NCBI GenBank assembly: GCA_965228855.1
Contig: CBDDIJ010000002.1
Coordinates: 96,001-160,000, forward strand
Reading direction: 5' to 3'
Source: Candidatus Obscuribacterales bacterium
GTDB lineage: Bacteria > Cyanobacteriota > Vampirovibrionia > Obscuribacterales > Obscuribacteraceae
DNA length: 64,000 bases
The notes beneath the pieces are model-generated. The model ran no database searches, had not been told where the DNA came from, and worked only from the letters and a program-made list of their open reading frames with translations. Made by a program: the position numbers and the translations under genes. Positions within the stretch are counted from its first letter, which is position 1. The number at the start of each line of letters is the position of its first letter. Below are positions 30,250 through 41,166 of this stretch, piece after piece.

Positions 30250-31344
30250 TTACTTGCCGAGCCGAGCCAGGGCAGCCAGGAAGAGCTTCTTGTGGTCGAA
30301 AGCGAGTTCGAGCCCCTTCAGTTCGCTGGCGCGAACGAAACGAGCCGAGCCCTCTTTGGCGTCGTCGCCGGCGTTGAGCTTCGCGAACACCTCCGCCTGC
30401 TTGTCGGGCGGGATGAACCAGGCGAAGCCATGGTCCACGACATGACCACGTTCGTCACGGTCAGGCTCGGAGCGCACGTCGATCAGCAGCATGTCGCTCG
30501 CGGCGACCTTGTAGGTGAACTTGTCGTGGTCGCCAGTGGCGTCCTTGTTGACGAAACACTCCTCCATGAGTTCGCGAGCCGCGCACTCGGGAAGGCTCTC
30601 GAGCTGAACGTTCAGGAAGCCTCCGGGGAAGCTCTCCATGTCCTTGAACGGCGCTGCGCCGCGCACCATCGTCAGAACGAGCGGGTCGTCCTTGTCGATG
30701 TCGGCGAACACAGCGATAGTCGTCGTCGAGTCCGCTTTCGGGAAGCGGTAAACCATGAGGTGATTGCCGGTGACCAGCATCTTGAGCGCACCGGTCACGA
30801 CCATCTCGACCGCTTGTTCGTTGAGCTTCTCGAGCGTGGGCAGCAGTTGCGTCAGCCCCTCGAGCGCGTCGACGACTACGATGACGTCGTGACCGAGATT
30901 CTTCAGCACCTTGATTCCATCACGCAGCTGATCGCCCGTCGGAGAGCCGGCAATCAGGATGATCGAATCGAGACGAATCTTGTCGATCGGCCATTCGACG
31001 TCGCACATCATCGTGTCAGGCGTCGGACCGACGAGAGCGCCCTGGTCGTGAATCTTCAGCCCCTGAGCGGCGGCGAGAGCCTTGAGCGCGGTAACGCGCT
31101 CCTGCCACTTGGCGCCCTGGCGAGCACCACTGGCAGTACCATGATCGACGGCGGGGTGAGGAGCAGAAGCTCCTGCGGCAGGCACGGTTTCAGCGCTCGA
31201 CGCAACCGCTACGGAACCGTCGCTCGATGCAGCGGAGGCGACGATGCCTTCGGCGGCAGCAGTGCCAGCAGCGGCAGCGGTGGTGGCATGAACAGAAGAC
31301 CCGGCAGCGCCGGTGAAAATGAGCAGTTCGAAAGTGCGTTTCAC
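30250..31344 (-). CDS. Nudix hydrolase (ADP-ribose pyrophosphatase/NrtR-like) with N-terminal extension
   Basis: PGGF...ECAARELMEE Nudix box, PDRDERGHVV, LAFDH. Confidence 0.88.
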   Translation of the reverse strand: MKRTFELLIFTGAAGSSVHATTAAAAGTAAAEGIVASAASSDGSVAVASSAETVPAAGASAPHPAVDHGTASGARQGAKWQERVTALKALAAAQGLKIHDQGALVGPTPDTMMCDVEWPIDKIRLDSIILIAGSPTGDQLRDGIKVLKNLGHDVIVVVDALEGLTQLLPTLEKLNEQAVEMVVTGALKMLVTGNHLMVYRFPKADSTTTIAVFADIDKDDPLVLTMVRGAAPFKDMESFPGGFLNVQLESLPECAARELMEECFVNKDATGDHDKFTYKVAASDMLLIDVRSEPDRDERGHVVDHGFAWFIPPDKQAEVFAKLNAGDDAKEGSARFVRASELKGLELAFDHKKLFLAALARLGK

Positions 31345-31760
31345 TTGTGATGTCCCCGTTAGTTACCGAAATTATCGCGCGAAAGTGCTCGTGAGGTGAG
31401 CGCGCGACATCTCTGAGCGTCTCGATGTTCCGAAACCCGTGCAGCGTTGCCCCCTCGAATCAAACGAGTGACAAACGATGACAAAGCTGGAAGCACAGAG
31501 ACTGTATACGGAAAGAACTGTGACCTCACATCACAGACCGAAAAATTGGAACGTCAAATACTAGTAACCTTCAGAATCTGATGACAAGTGCTCAAATCTG
31601 AAATGATCTGAAAGATATCACCACCCGAGCTCTAAAGGCTTATGAACAGGAGTTTCAAAGTGGTAGCACACCTAGCGCGACCTGCTCCGATGTATATATT
31701 AGGAGCTGCTAAACTGCCACTGCGTTGCGGACTAAAGCGCTCTAGTACCATCAGCGAGTC

Positions 31761-32723
31761 CTACAGCGACCGCATCGACCCGGTTAAGCGCTCATACTGC
31801 TTCTGATCTTTTCCAGCCATATCAAAGCGACCAAGGCGCTCATAAGCCTGCGCACGATGAAGATAGGCATTAACAGACTCAGGGTCCAGCGCAATCGCTT
31901 TCGTAAAATCATCGATTGCCTTTTCGTGCCGCCCAAGCTCTGCATTGCCCAGACCACGCATGAAATAAGCATCCGAACGACTCTGGTCCTTGTTGATCAA
32001 AATCGTCAAATCAGCAATCGCACGTCCAAGTTTTTCTGTCTGAAAATACGCCTGAGCGCGCAAGTAGTAAATCTCGGTGATTTCCGGTCCGAGATCAATT
32101 GCTTTATTGAAGTCGACCAGAGCCTCGTCAAACTTACCAAGTGCAAGGTGTGATGTGCCTCTTCCGATATAGCCAATAACAAAATTCGGATCTAATTCAA
32201 GACAACGATCATATTTCTGAACAGCAGCATCATGCGCTCCTTCGGAAACAAATTCGACGGCCTCGTTGAAAACGCCCTCAACATCAGCGGTTTCCGCTCC
32301 ACTTGTAACAGGCAACGGAGTTTTCTCGATTTGCTCCAGACGAAACTGAAGGTCGCGAACGGTTTTCAGCCAATCGCCTGCAGCTGAAGTTCCATCCCAG
32401 AGGTCACGCAATTCCGAGGTAGATAAAATTCGACCGGTTATAGCCGCAGCCCGTGCCGCCAGCGCATCCGGAGCCTGGTATCTCTGCGACTTAATCCACA
32501 GAGCAACCTCCGTCGGCAGCTTCGCCGAGGGAAACTCGCGAGAGGCAGCGATAACTTCTGAGGCAGCCACGGCTCTTTCAGCATCCCCGGCGTCGATGAA
32601 ATTGTCGGCACCGTCAACAATATCAATTGCTTCGCGCACCGGGTCGCCGGTTTTTGAAACAAGCAAGATCTGGAGCCAATCTTTCGCTCCATCATTTCCG
32701 AAACTGCTGGTATCCCATTCCAT
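31761..32723 (-). CDS. DUF4259-like domain plus TPR protein
   Basis: WDTSSFGNDGAKDWL...SELRDLW N-domain; about 5 canonical TPRs. Confidence 0.8.
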   Translation of the reverse strand: MEWDTSSFGNDGAKDWLQILLVSKTGDPVREAIDIVDGADNFIDAGDAERAVAASEVIAASREFPSAKLPTEVALWIKSQRYQAPDALAARAAAITGRILSTSELRDLWDGTSAAGDWLKTVRDLQFRLEQIEKTPLPVTSGAETADVEGVFNEAVEFVSEGAHDAAVQKYDRCLELDPNFVIGYIGRGTSHLALGKFDEALVDFNKAIDLGPEITEIYYLRAQAYFQTEKLGRAIADLTILINKDQSRSDAYFMRGLGNAELGRHEKAIDDFTKAIALDPESVNAYLHRAQAYERLGRFDMAGKDQKQYERLTGSMRSL

Positions 32724-32951
32724 TTGCGCTTCACTCGTTGCTAGGTCGACGTCTAGTTTATCAATTCCCCATAAGCCGGATCTGCCCCGAAATCGGACAA
32801 ATTTCACCAACTCACAAACTTGACTACAGACCGAGGTTGCCCCGGTCGCAAACGCTTACGTATGCCGTGCCTGACATCCAGAAGCCGGGGGGCGAGAAAG
32901 GTGATATGTTATAACTTTGCGTCAACAGTTCCGTGATTTGGTTAACTGATA

Positions 32952-33404
32952 ATGAGCGATTCAATCATCGTCCTGGAAACCATCGCCAATCAACAAGATA
33001 TTGCTGCAGTCGGCGCCATGTTGAACGACTACAACACGGAGCAGGGATTGGTTTTCAACCCGCAGTCTCTTGCGGTTTTTATTCGAAACAACGATACCGG
33101 TCGCGTGATCGCCGGTCTGAAAGGATCGACTCACTGGGAATGGTTGCGGATCAAACTGCTTGCCGTGCATAAATCGGCTCGCAATAAAGGTTTCGGCACG
33201 CAGCTGCTGAATGCGGCCGAGAAGGAAGCGATCGATCGTGGCTGTAAATTCGCATTCGTAGACACTTACAGCTTCCAGGCGCTGCCGTTTTATAAAAAAT
33301 GCGGCTATGAAGTTTTCGGTGAATTGCCGGAATATCCAAGTGGTCACAGCAGATTTTTTCTGCGCAAAACACTCGTGAATTCTTCCCCAACCGACAAGAA
33401 TTGA
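32952..33404 (+). CDS. GNAT N-acetyltransferase
   Basis: RNKGFGTQLL, DTYSFQALPFYKKCGY. Confidence 0.93.
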   Translation: MSDSIIVLETIANQQDIAAVGAMLNDYNTEQGLVFNPQSLAVFIRNNDTGRVIAGLKGSTHWEWLRIKLLAVHKSARNKGFGTQLLNAAEKEAIDRGCKFAFVDTYSFQALPFYKKCGYEVFGELPEYPSGHSRFFLRKTLVNSSPTDKN

Positions 33405-33419
33405 TAGGAAACAGTATCG

Positions 33420-34430
33420 GTGCGCCTTTTCGCCTGCTCGCTTTTTGCCATACTCATCGCATCATTCGCCTCTCCGATAAAAGGGGAAACAACCCTGGCG
33501 CGCGGCGTTACGACCAAACCAGCCGTTCGCTATCACGTCAAAATGAAAACCAAAGTCGTCATTCCGGCATCAGGACCGGCGTGCAAGCAAGTGCGCGTTT
33601 GGCACGCGCTGCCGACGACGCGCCCCTGGAGCAAAACAACTGCAGTCCCAGGCGTAACGGCGCTCAGCTACTTGCCTAAAACCGGAAAGCTGGAGCTGGA
33701 AAAGGACAGGCTGTCCGCGCATGTTTACTTCGAGGACAATTCGCAGTTTCGCCCCAATGATGTACGTTATTTCCAGTCGGAATTTTATGTTTATTCAAGC
33801 GACCGAGATTTTGATCCGGGCAGCCGAGCCGTGATCTGGAACCGCTACACGGCAAACGATCACGTCGGTGCTGAGAAAATTCCTGCCGTGAGAGCGGAAG
33901 TGGCGACCATCGCGGACGAACTAAAATCCAATCGAAACCCCGTTGAATTCGTGATCGAGGCGTCGAAGTGGATTAGAAACGAACTCGCTTATGACGCCGG
34001 CGTCGGCTACGGTCCCGACGATGTCGCGTCGGTTATGCGCTACAGGCGAGGACATTGCGGGCATCAGCAAGCGGTTTTCAAACAAATGTGCGCGCGCGCG
34101 GGCATTCCCTACAAGCCGGTTTTGGGCTTATTTCTGCACGCTCCGGACGGAAAGGACTCTTTGAGCAACGTGCGTCCGGACTTCGCCAATAACCACACCT
34201 GGTGCCAGGTTTGCTTTCCGGAGATAGGTTGGGTCGAGGTCGATCCCGGAGCCGGAGAAAAATGTTTCAAGATTCCATCTACCTTGATTCAAAACAACAC
34301 CGCCTTTGAAAATTACTCCGTCTGGGTCTCAGAACCAGGTCGCGCCTCTCGCGAACCCACCTGGACCTGGGTCGGCGGCAAATTCGTCTGCGACTACGGC
34401 GTCGAAAACAGCATCACCTTCCGCGACTAA
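33420..34430 (+). CDS. secreted transglutaminase-like domain protein
   Basis: GHCG, HTWCQV...GWVEVDP Cys-His-Asp triad; signal peptide. Confidence 0.88.
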   Translation: MRLFACSLFAILIASFASPIKGETTLARGVTTKPAVRYHVKMKTKVVIPASGPACKQVRVWHALPTTRPWSKTTAVPGVTALSYLPKTGKLELEKDRLSAHVYFEDNSQFRPNDVRYFQSEFYVYSSDRDFDPGSRAVIWNRYTANDHVGAEKIPAVRAEVATIADELKSNRNPVEFVIEASKWIRNELAYDAGVGYGPDDVASVMRYRRGHCGHQQAVFKQMCARAGIPYKPVLGLFLHAPDGKDSLSNVRPDFANNHTWCQVCFPEIGWVEVDPGAGEKCFKIPSTLIQNNTAFENYSVWVSEPGRASREPTWTWVGGKFVCDYGVENSITFRD

Positions 34431-34475
34431 CCGCCCCAGCCAAACCCTGCCTACACCGGAAGAACCCGCCAAACC

Positions 34476-34783
34476 CGCCTACTATATGCCAACGTATCCT
34501 CGGACTCCCAAAACCCTTCCCAGGCAGTCTTCTTCGAGGACTACTCCCGTCCCATAGCCTTGTTTTGCTCACTTTGGCTACGGTGGAATGACGGATTTTC
34601 GAAAATCCGGCAACGTACCGTAGACAAAACCCTGCTTACTATATGCCGACGTATCCTCCAATTCACGAAAACCTCTCTAGCCGGTCTTTTTCAAGGACAG
34701 CTCCTTGCTCGCCCTCTCGTTTTGCTCACTTTGGCTACGGTGGAATGACGGATTTTCGAAAATCCGGCAACGTACCGTAGACA
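34476..34783. repeat. Repeat element locus 6: tandem arm-core units (period 157 bp)
   Basis: Arms 34479 and 34636; identical cores 34575-34626 and 34732-34783, each 96 bp after its arm. Confidence 0.9.
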
Positions 34784-35222
34784 AAAGAATTCTTGACAAG
34801 AACACCTCGCGAACTCTTGACGACACGAACAATATCAATTGTCTCAAGCAAGCATCGCAGACGGTTTAAAGGACGATTAGACAAACTCAATGGAAAAACT
34901 CTTCAACTAGCTTGAAATAGCTCGCGGTCAATTCATAGGGTAAGCAGTCAAATCTTTTCTCTCAGTTTGAAACCGTTCACGCCAAAATCGCTGTTCCACT
35001 TCCAGTTGCACAAAGTTTCTCTGCCAGACGAGCAGCGGATAGAGAGAAGATTTTGATATTCAGCATTGACACCAGATACGGTGCAGTGCATCTCCAGCGA
35101 CTTTCGCAACACTTGCGACAAAATCGCGCAGTGCTGCTGTTTGAATGCATTGTTATCGGGCACGAATTGAAACTTCCATCGTCTGGGAGTTCAAGGTGCT
35201 CGAAGAACCCGGAGCCAAAAAC

Positions 35223-35963
35223 ATGTCCAGCAAAGCCAAAACCATCCTTGGGATTATCGCCGTGACGGCGTTCCTCGCGCTCGCCATCAACGTGCTCTTC
35301 TTCGACAAGGGACCGACGCCCCCGGTCACGACCTCGGCGAACGTCGTCGAAGTGACGGACAAGAACTTCCAGAGCGAAGTTCTCGACTCGAAGATTCCCG
35401 TGCTCATCGACTTCAACGCCACCTGGTGCGGTCCCTGCAAGACCTACTCGCCGATCTTCCACAAGGTCGCCGACCAGTACGCGGGTAAGGTGAAGTTCGT
35501 CAGCATCGACGTCGACAAGGCGCCGGCTGTGGCGAATCTTTTCGGCATCACCGCCATTCCCGCCACCGTTTTCCTGAGCGAAACCAATGGCGTCATCAGC
35601 GCCGGCGCAGCCTCGGGCGCTCTCGACGAAGCCACACTCAAGAAGCTCGTCGACTATTGCCTGACGCCTGGCGCGAAGCTCATTCCGCTCTTTGAACGCA
35701 AGAAGCCCGGTGATGCAAACGACCCCGCCGTCGCCGACCCGAACGCGCCTGCGGTGAGCGACCCGGTGACGAGCGACCCGGCGACGCCCGACCCGAACGG
35801 CGCGACGCCCAAAACGGAGGACCCGACGCCTATCATCCCGAAGGAGAACAACGCGACGCCGAAATTCGAATCGATCCCCTTCGATAAGGAGCTGCCGCGC
35901 GTCGACCCGCTCCCGAAGAACGACGGACCGCCGAAAACCGAACAAATCGTCCCGACCCACTAA
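35223..35963 (+). CDS. membrane-anchored thioredoxin with Pro-rich tail
   Basis: TM anchor, DFNATWCGPCK. Confidence 0.92.
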   Translation: MSSKAKTILGIIAVTAFLALAINVLFFDKGPTPPVTTSANVVEVTDKNFQSEVLDSKIPVLIDFNATWCGPCKTYSPIFHKVADQYAGKVKFVSIDVDKAPAVANLFGITAIPATVFLSETNGVISAGAASGALDEATLKKLVDYCLTPGAKLIPLFERKKPGDANDPAVADPNAPAVSDPVTSDPATPDPNGATPKTEDPTPIIPKENNATPKFESIPFDKELPRVDPLPKNDGPPKTEQIVPTH

Positions 35964-35994
35964 GCGGTCGCCCTGACCTGAACTAACCCCATCA

Positions 35995-36033
35995 AGTCCT
36001 CCCGGAAACCGCATCCGGGAGGACTCTTCTCTT
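35995..36033 (+). terminator. Rho-independent terminator
   Basis: AGTCCTCCCGGA/TCCGGGAGGACT stem plus pyrimidine tail. Confidence 0.75.
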
Positions 36034-36052
36034 CCAATTCCGCCTACAAACC

Positions 36053-36306
36053 CGCCTACTATACCCCGAAGTATCCGCATCATCCGGAGACCTCCCGCAG
36101 GGCTGGCATTCTCAGGATCAGTACTCAACGTTTCCTCACCAAAACCCTCGCTTTGGCTATCCTGCAATGACGGAATCGGCTAAATCCGTCATCGCAGGAT
36201 AGCCAAAGACTTCTTTTTCAGAAGGCGCCAAAGCGATTAAGAGCCTAAAAACCCCACCATGAGCTACTTGCCGGGATTTACGAGATACGCCCGCATATAG
36301 TAGTAT
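36053..36306. repeat. Repeat element locus 7: symmetric arm-core-arm element
   Basis: CTACTATA 36056, core 36154-36205, TATAGTAG ending 36303 (98 bp each side); extra right arm 36385-36392. Confidence 0.92.
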
Positions 36307-36478
36307 ATCGGGAGACGCCAGAGCAAAAAAAGCCCGAAAAGATGCCGTGGCGGGCGTTGCTCGATGCGCGTCTCCACGCCTGCATATAGTAACAAAACCG
36401 CACAAAAGCAATCAGAGCCGCATTACTGCGGATGATTGCCTTGAGTCCGACTGGACTCGTGCGACCTGCTAAGCATGC

Positions 36479-37138
36479 CTAAAAGCCGAGCTCTCCGCGC
36501 ACGCGGTCCAGGTTTTCCTGAACTGTCACGGCGATGTTCTTGCAGTAGTTCGGCCACTCTTCGCACACCTGCTCAGCCTGCCACCAGATCTCACGAGCCT
36601 CCACGAAGTTGCCGCGCTCGTACGTCAGGCACGCGAGTTGGTTCAGCACCTCAGCGCAGAACCAGTGATCGCGGCGAAGATGACTCTCAACCTCAGCCAT
36701 CGCGCGGTCGACGTGAGCCTGCGCCTCCTCCCAGCGATGTTGCCGGCGCGCAGCGTCGCAGGCACTGTTATGCCGCCGAGCGCGTTCCAGCGCCGCATTC
36801 ACCTCTCGGCGACTACAATGAACCGGTTCCGGCTCGACGGTGAAGTTCATGGTCGTCAACCACGAACCATTCACGCGGAGACCGTTTGCATCCGGGTGCA
36901 GGATCAACGCGGTTCCGGGCCCACTCTTACGCGGCGCCACCGCCGGCGGCACCACCACGTTAGCAGGCTTCTCAGCCTCACACCCGCCATCCTTGACGCC
37001 AGGCTTGACACCGAGCATCTGCCGCAGATGCCGGAAGTGCCGCTCTTGCTTCCGGTCTTCCCGCTTTCGCAGAAACTGCCGCACACCCACCGCCGCTAAA
37101 CCGAACAACGCTGCCGCTCCGATCAGATAGTTTCTCAT
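36479..37138 (-). CDS. membrane-anchored TPR-like protein
   Basis: AAGGAG RBS, N-terminal TM, AEVLNQLACLTYERGNFVEARE. Confidence 0.75.
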   Translation of the reverse strand: MRNYLIGAAALFGLAAVGVRQFLRKREDRKQERHFRHLRQMLGVKPGVKDGGCEAEKPANVVVPPAVAPRKSGPGTALILHPDANGLRVNGSWLTTMNFTVEPEPVHCSRREVNAALERARRHNSACDAARRQHRWEEAQAHVDRAMAEVESHLRRDHWFCAEVLNQLACLTYERGNFVEAREIWWQAEQVCEEWPNYCKNIAVTVQENLDRVRGELGF

Positions 37139-37215
37139 CTGATGCTCCTTTTCGCCTGAAGTTTGTAAAAGTAACTGGTACTGAAATCTTGCCGCGAAAT
37201 GACCGCAGCACAAGC

Positions 37216-38166
37216 CTAGCCGTCGAAGGCTTCGGCTGTTCCGATAGCGAAGGTGAACGGTCCCGCCTCCATCGCGGCGTAAACCGCAGCGAGTTCATCA
37301 CCGTTCAGATCGACTTCGACACGCGTGCGCGTGTTGAGATCGTAGACTTCCGCGCCGCTGTCGCCGATCACGATCACCTTCATGTCTTTGAGAAACTGCA
37401 CCCGGCGGACATAGACCCGGTGCCCCGTTTCAATTCGCACACTGACACCCTTGTCCAGATCAGCAATCCAGAGATTGCATCGTCCGGTAGCCCTGTAGGT
37501 GGAGCCGGCGAAAACAGCAATTCTACCCACCGGGTGGATGGCATGGGCCCAGCACTCGAAGTCGAGATCCTCGTCCGCGCCGACAAAAGCACGCTCCAGT
37601 GAGTCTCCCGTTTCCACATCCACACAATAGACGGCACCACCCGCGGTGAGCGCCAGCACGGATTCACCTTGCCCGGTGAACATCACCCGCACGATCGCTG
37701 AGCTGCAGACTTTCCGGAGAAACCGCTCTTTGCGCACAGTCCCGTTGTTCAGATCAACCACGGCAACGCTGCCGGTCGAGGTTCCAACGGCGAGCTTGTC
37801 CCCCTGCTGGCTGTAGGCGACGGACTGGGCACGAGCGAGCGGCATCGGTTTCAGCCAGGCACCGAGAGCAACATCGTAGAACTCCACGGAGTTCACCTTG
37901 TCACCATATACGATGGCACACTCTTGGTTGCGAGCGCCGTTGATCTCGGTCTTGAGCACCGGTCGAAAAGCCATACCGAGACACGCCACAGCGTTCGGCA
38001 CTTCGACTGACACGCCGGTTTCCGTGTCAATCAACCATGGAGGCTCACCGCGCGCAACCACGCCGAGCACTCCCTTGTTAGAACCAGGCGCCGGCGAAAC
38101 CAGGTCACGAACCAGGCTCCCGCGCGCGTCGATGGCGAACTTCGTAATCGAAAAAGTTCGAGTCAT
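37216..38166 (-). CDS. WD40-like beta-propeller protein
   Basis: AAGGAG RBS; SVAYSQQGDKLAVGTSTGSVAVVD-type repeats. Confidence 0.75.
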   Translation of the reverse strand: MTRTFSITKFAIDARGSLVRDLVSPAPGSNKGVLGVVARGEPPWLIDTETGVSVEVPNAVACLGMAFRPVLKTEINGARNQECAIVYGDKVNSVEFYDVALGAWLKPMPLARAQSVAYSQQGDKLAVGTSTGSVAVVDLNNGTVRKERFLRKVCSSAIVRVMFTGQGESVLALTAGGAVYCVDVETGDSLERAFVGADEDLDFECWAHAIHPVGRIAVFAGSTYRATGRCNLWIADLDKGVSVRIETGHRVYVRRVQFLKDMKVIVIGDSGAEVYDLNTRTRVEVDLNGDELAAVYAAMEAGPFTFAIGTAEAFDG

Positions 38167-38571
38167 GAGAAACTCCTTGTGTTGGCACCCGCACATTCGG
38201 CGAGTGTAATGCCTCTGAAAACATGAAAATCTCCTGCCCGCGCGAATCCCAACGACCATAGTCGGGCTCCTAATTAACTGCTGTAGTCTGCTTATCTGCT
38301 TGCGGCGTTTGTTGTTTCAAACAAAATTCCAGGGATTAAAACCAACCTAACAGTCCCCACCGAATTCACCAAGATCTTTTTAGGCTATAAACAGAATCAA
38401 GCATCAACGTGGAGAAGCTCACCAGAAGCAAGAATCAAGCATTCGAGAACATAAAAACTCTTAAGCGCTAGTTTGTGCCACTAAGAATTAAACTGGGAAC
38501 CAGGTAACAACTTAAGCCCGCGAGCACTACCGATATTGAAAATAAACGAAACTACTTCGCACAACACGACC

Positions 38572-38824
38572 TGCCTACTATATACCACAGCATAAGCCAA
38601 ACCGACAAAAGCCATTACCCGCATGGTTTTCAGCCAATCTTCAAGCTCACTCTTGATCGAAACCCGACAGTTTGGCTATCCCACTACGACGGAATTCGCA
38701 AAATCCGGCATTCCCTGATAGACACCGAGCCGAAAATCGACCCGCTTGAAGGTACAAAAACTTCGAAAACCACCACTGAGAAGCCATCGGGCAAAACCGT
38801 TTATACTGCCTTTTATAGTAGACT
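38572..38824. repeat. Repeat element locus 8: symmetric arm-core-arm element
   Basis: CTACTATA 38575, core 38673-38724, TATAGTAG ending 38821 (98/97 bp). Confidence 0.9.
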
Positions 38825-38902
38825 TCAGGTGAAGAAGCATCGACGCGGAGAGGCACCATTGCTGGTGCCTCCCTTTGTCGATGTTCCCCTCACGCCTTGG
38901 CG

Positions 38903-40777
38903 TTAGGCGGCTTTGGAAAGCCGCTGGAAGCCGGTCGTGAAGTACTCCAGTTCACGCCGAGACTTGCTCGACAGGTACTTCGGAGTGAAGAAGCGGTCCT
39001 GCCACTTCGCCGTGGGCTCCAGGCTGGCCTCGAACGTGCCCCCGTCGTTGCGGACCATCGACCGGAACCGGTAGTGGTCGTAGACGTCGAGGATGTGCGC
39101 GAGGTACGCAGCAGCGAGGCGATGGTTGCCACGAACGATGAGGAGGTTCTCGTCGTTGGAGTAGCTCGCCTTGAAGCCCAGGTTGTGGCTGCCGAGGATG
39201 ACCACCGGGTCGTCGCCGAACGGGTCGACCACCACGATTTTGTCGTGAATGATCGAGTGGGCTTCCGGAAGCTTCAGAAGCTCCTTCTGCCACTTGCCGA
39301 CCGCCGTTTCCAGCGAATCGGCGGCGATGATCACCGGCCGCTTCTTGTCGTGGTGGAAGATCTGAACCGGGGCTGCCACTTGCGCGGCGGCGGTCAGATC
39401 CGCGAAGGTCCCGCTCACGTCCGGCGAGATGATGCCAGCCGCAGAGCCGTCAGCCGAACTCGCCGGGACCAGCAGACCCGATTCACCGCGAACGAAGCGG
39501 TTGGGCTGCTGAGGCGTGAACGGCTTGGGCAGAGCCTGCGGGCTGGACACCGCGCCGCGGTAGAACAGGTGCTTCTTCCCGAACTGCATCCCGTTGATCT
39601 TGCTGATGATCGAGGGGAAGCCCGGGTAGAACGCGAGGAAGTAGACGCCTTCCTTCGCGCCGTCGATCGCGTCGAAGACTTCGCCCATGTCCACGGGAAC
39701 GGGAGGCTTGGTCTTCGGCTTCACCTTCTCGACGGTGTTGGGCGAGAACCACGCCTGAATGCGCGTCCCGTCCTTGAGCACGACTTCCTTCGGCTTCTTG
39801 CGATTGAAATCGCGGAGCGCCGTGCCCTGCAGTTCGCCCTTGTCGGTGTCTTCCTTGAGGGCGTCCCAGGCCGCGCCGTAGATCTCGCCGAGTTCCTCGG
39901 AGATGACCGACAGCGCGTTGTTGGACTGGCAGCAGAGACCCGTGAACGTCGAGTTCGCACTCGCCGTCAGAACCTCCACCGGGCGACCAGCCTTGTTGTA
40001 CCGCACGTGGGACTTGTTGTGCGGCAGCGACGACTTGGGCAGGATGCGGTCGTGAACTTCCGCTTCCGCCTCATGCAGACGCTTGCGGGCATCCGCGTTG
40101 GTCTCGTCGTTCTCGCCGGCGTTGCCGAGGATGAGGCTGAACACGTCCGTGTTCGCCAGCAGGAAGTCGACGATCTCGGGGTCGGCAAGCTCATAGAGCG
40201 CCGAGTACACGTGACCGTCTTCCGCCTTGGCTCGCTCGAACACGCCCTTGATGAAGCCAGGCAGTTCGCCGGCGAGCATCGTGCGAATCGGGCTGTCCGG
40301 CTTCTTCAGCTCCTCGATGAGCTTCTCGGGGTCGGGACTGCCGTCCTCGAGCTTGGGCAGCATCGACGCCAGCTTCTGCGTGGACAGGATGCCGCGGTTG
40401 AAGCAGGCCTTCATCTGGTCGCTGATCTCGGTCGAGCGCGTCACTTCGTTGGTCGTGACCGCCATCTCGGCGAGAGGCTTGAGATTGTCGGGCTCGCCGA
40501 CCATCGGCACGATTTCGTACTTGTAGGTCTCGCCGGTCTTGCCGCCGAAATCCTTCCACTTGAAACCCTGAATGGGCCACTCGTCCGTGGTACGCGAAGT
40601 CCAGCCTTCGCCGTCCTTCTTCTGGCTGGGGAACGGCAAGTACGCCGGAAGCGTAAACTTCTCGCCGGTCGCGACGTTGATGCGGCGCACCGAGAAGCCG
40701 AGGCAGTTCTCGATGGCCTTGTCGGTCAACCAAACGATGACCGAGCAGGTGTTGTTTCCGAATGCTACAGCTTTCAT
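38903..40777 (-). CDS. phospholipase D-like protein with two HxK motifs
   Basis: HNK...SANST...QSNNA and HDKIVVVD...GSHN...NDEN; AAGGAG RBS. Confidence 0.9.
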   Translation of the reverse strand: MKAVAFGNNTCSVIVWLTDKAIENCLGFSVRRINVATGEKFTLPAYLPFPSQKKDGEGWTSRTTDEWPIQGFKWKDFGGKTGETYKYEIVPMVGEPDNLKPLAEMAVTTNEVTRSTEISDQMKACFNRGILSTQKLASMLPKLEDGSPDPEKLIEELKKPDSPIRTMLAGELPGFIKGVFERAKAEDGHVYSALYELADPEIVDFLLANTDVFSLILGNAGENDETNADARKRLHEAEAEVHDRILPKSSLPHNKSHVRYNKAGRPVEVLTASANSTFTGLCCQSNNALSVISEELGEIYGAAWDALKEDTDKGELQGTALRDFNRKKPKEVVLKDGTRIQAWFSPNTVEKVKPKTKPPVPVDMGEVFDAIDGAKEGVYFLAFYPGFPSIISKINGMQFGKKHLFYRGAVSSPQALPKPFTPQQPNRFVRGESGLLVPASSADGSAAGIISPDVSGTFADLTAAAQVAAPVQIFHHDKKRPVIIAADSLETAVGKWQKELLKLPEAHSIIHDKIVVVDPFGDDPVVILGSHNLGFKASYSNDENLLIVRGNHRLAAAYLAHILDVYDHYRFRSMVRNDGGTFEASLEPTAKWQDRFFTPKYLSSKSRRELEYFTTGFQRLSKAA

Positions 40778-41166
40778 AATCTGGCACTCCTTTCAGTGCT
40801 CTCCAGTCGTTGAGCGCGGCTCTCGACCAGAGTTTTGGGATGTGCGAACGCGGCAAACCGGAGTTGAGTCCAATTCGCCGTGAGCGCGTGATTAGAAATC
40901 TGTGTTGCTACATCAGCCACTTAGCTGCGAGAAACACAATCTGATTTTTGGTGGAGCTTGTCGTTTTGTTTTGTTTGAGCTCTCTTTTTTGCCAAAAATG
41001 GAAGATAACTAGCCCTACCGGAATTGCTGTCACGCGCGCAATAGATTTGGAGAAACAGATACTTTTGGCAATAGGTGAGATTAAGAGCCGAAGGTCGGGA
41101 TTTTTAAAAGCATTTCAGATGCTTGGAAGAAAAACGAGCTGAGATTATCCTTTGATGTAATTAGTG

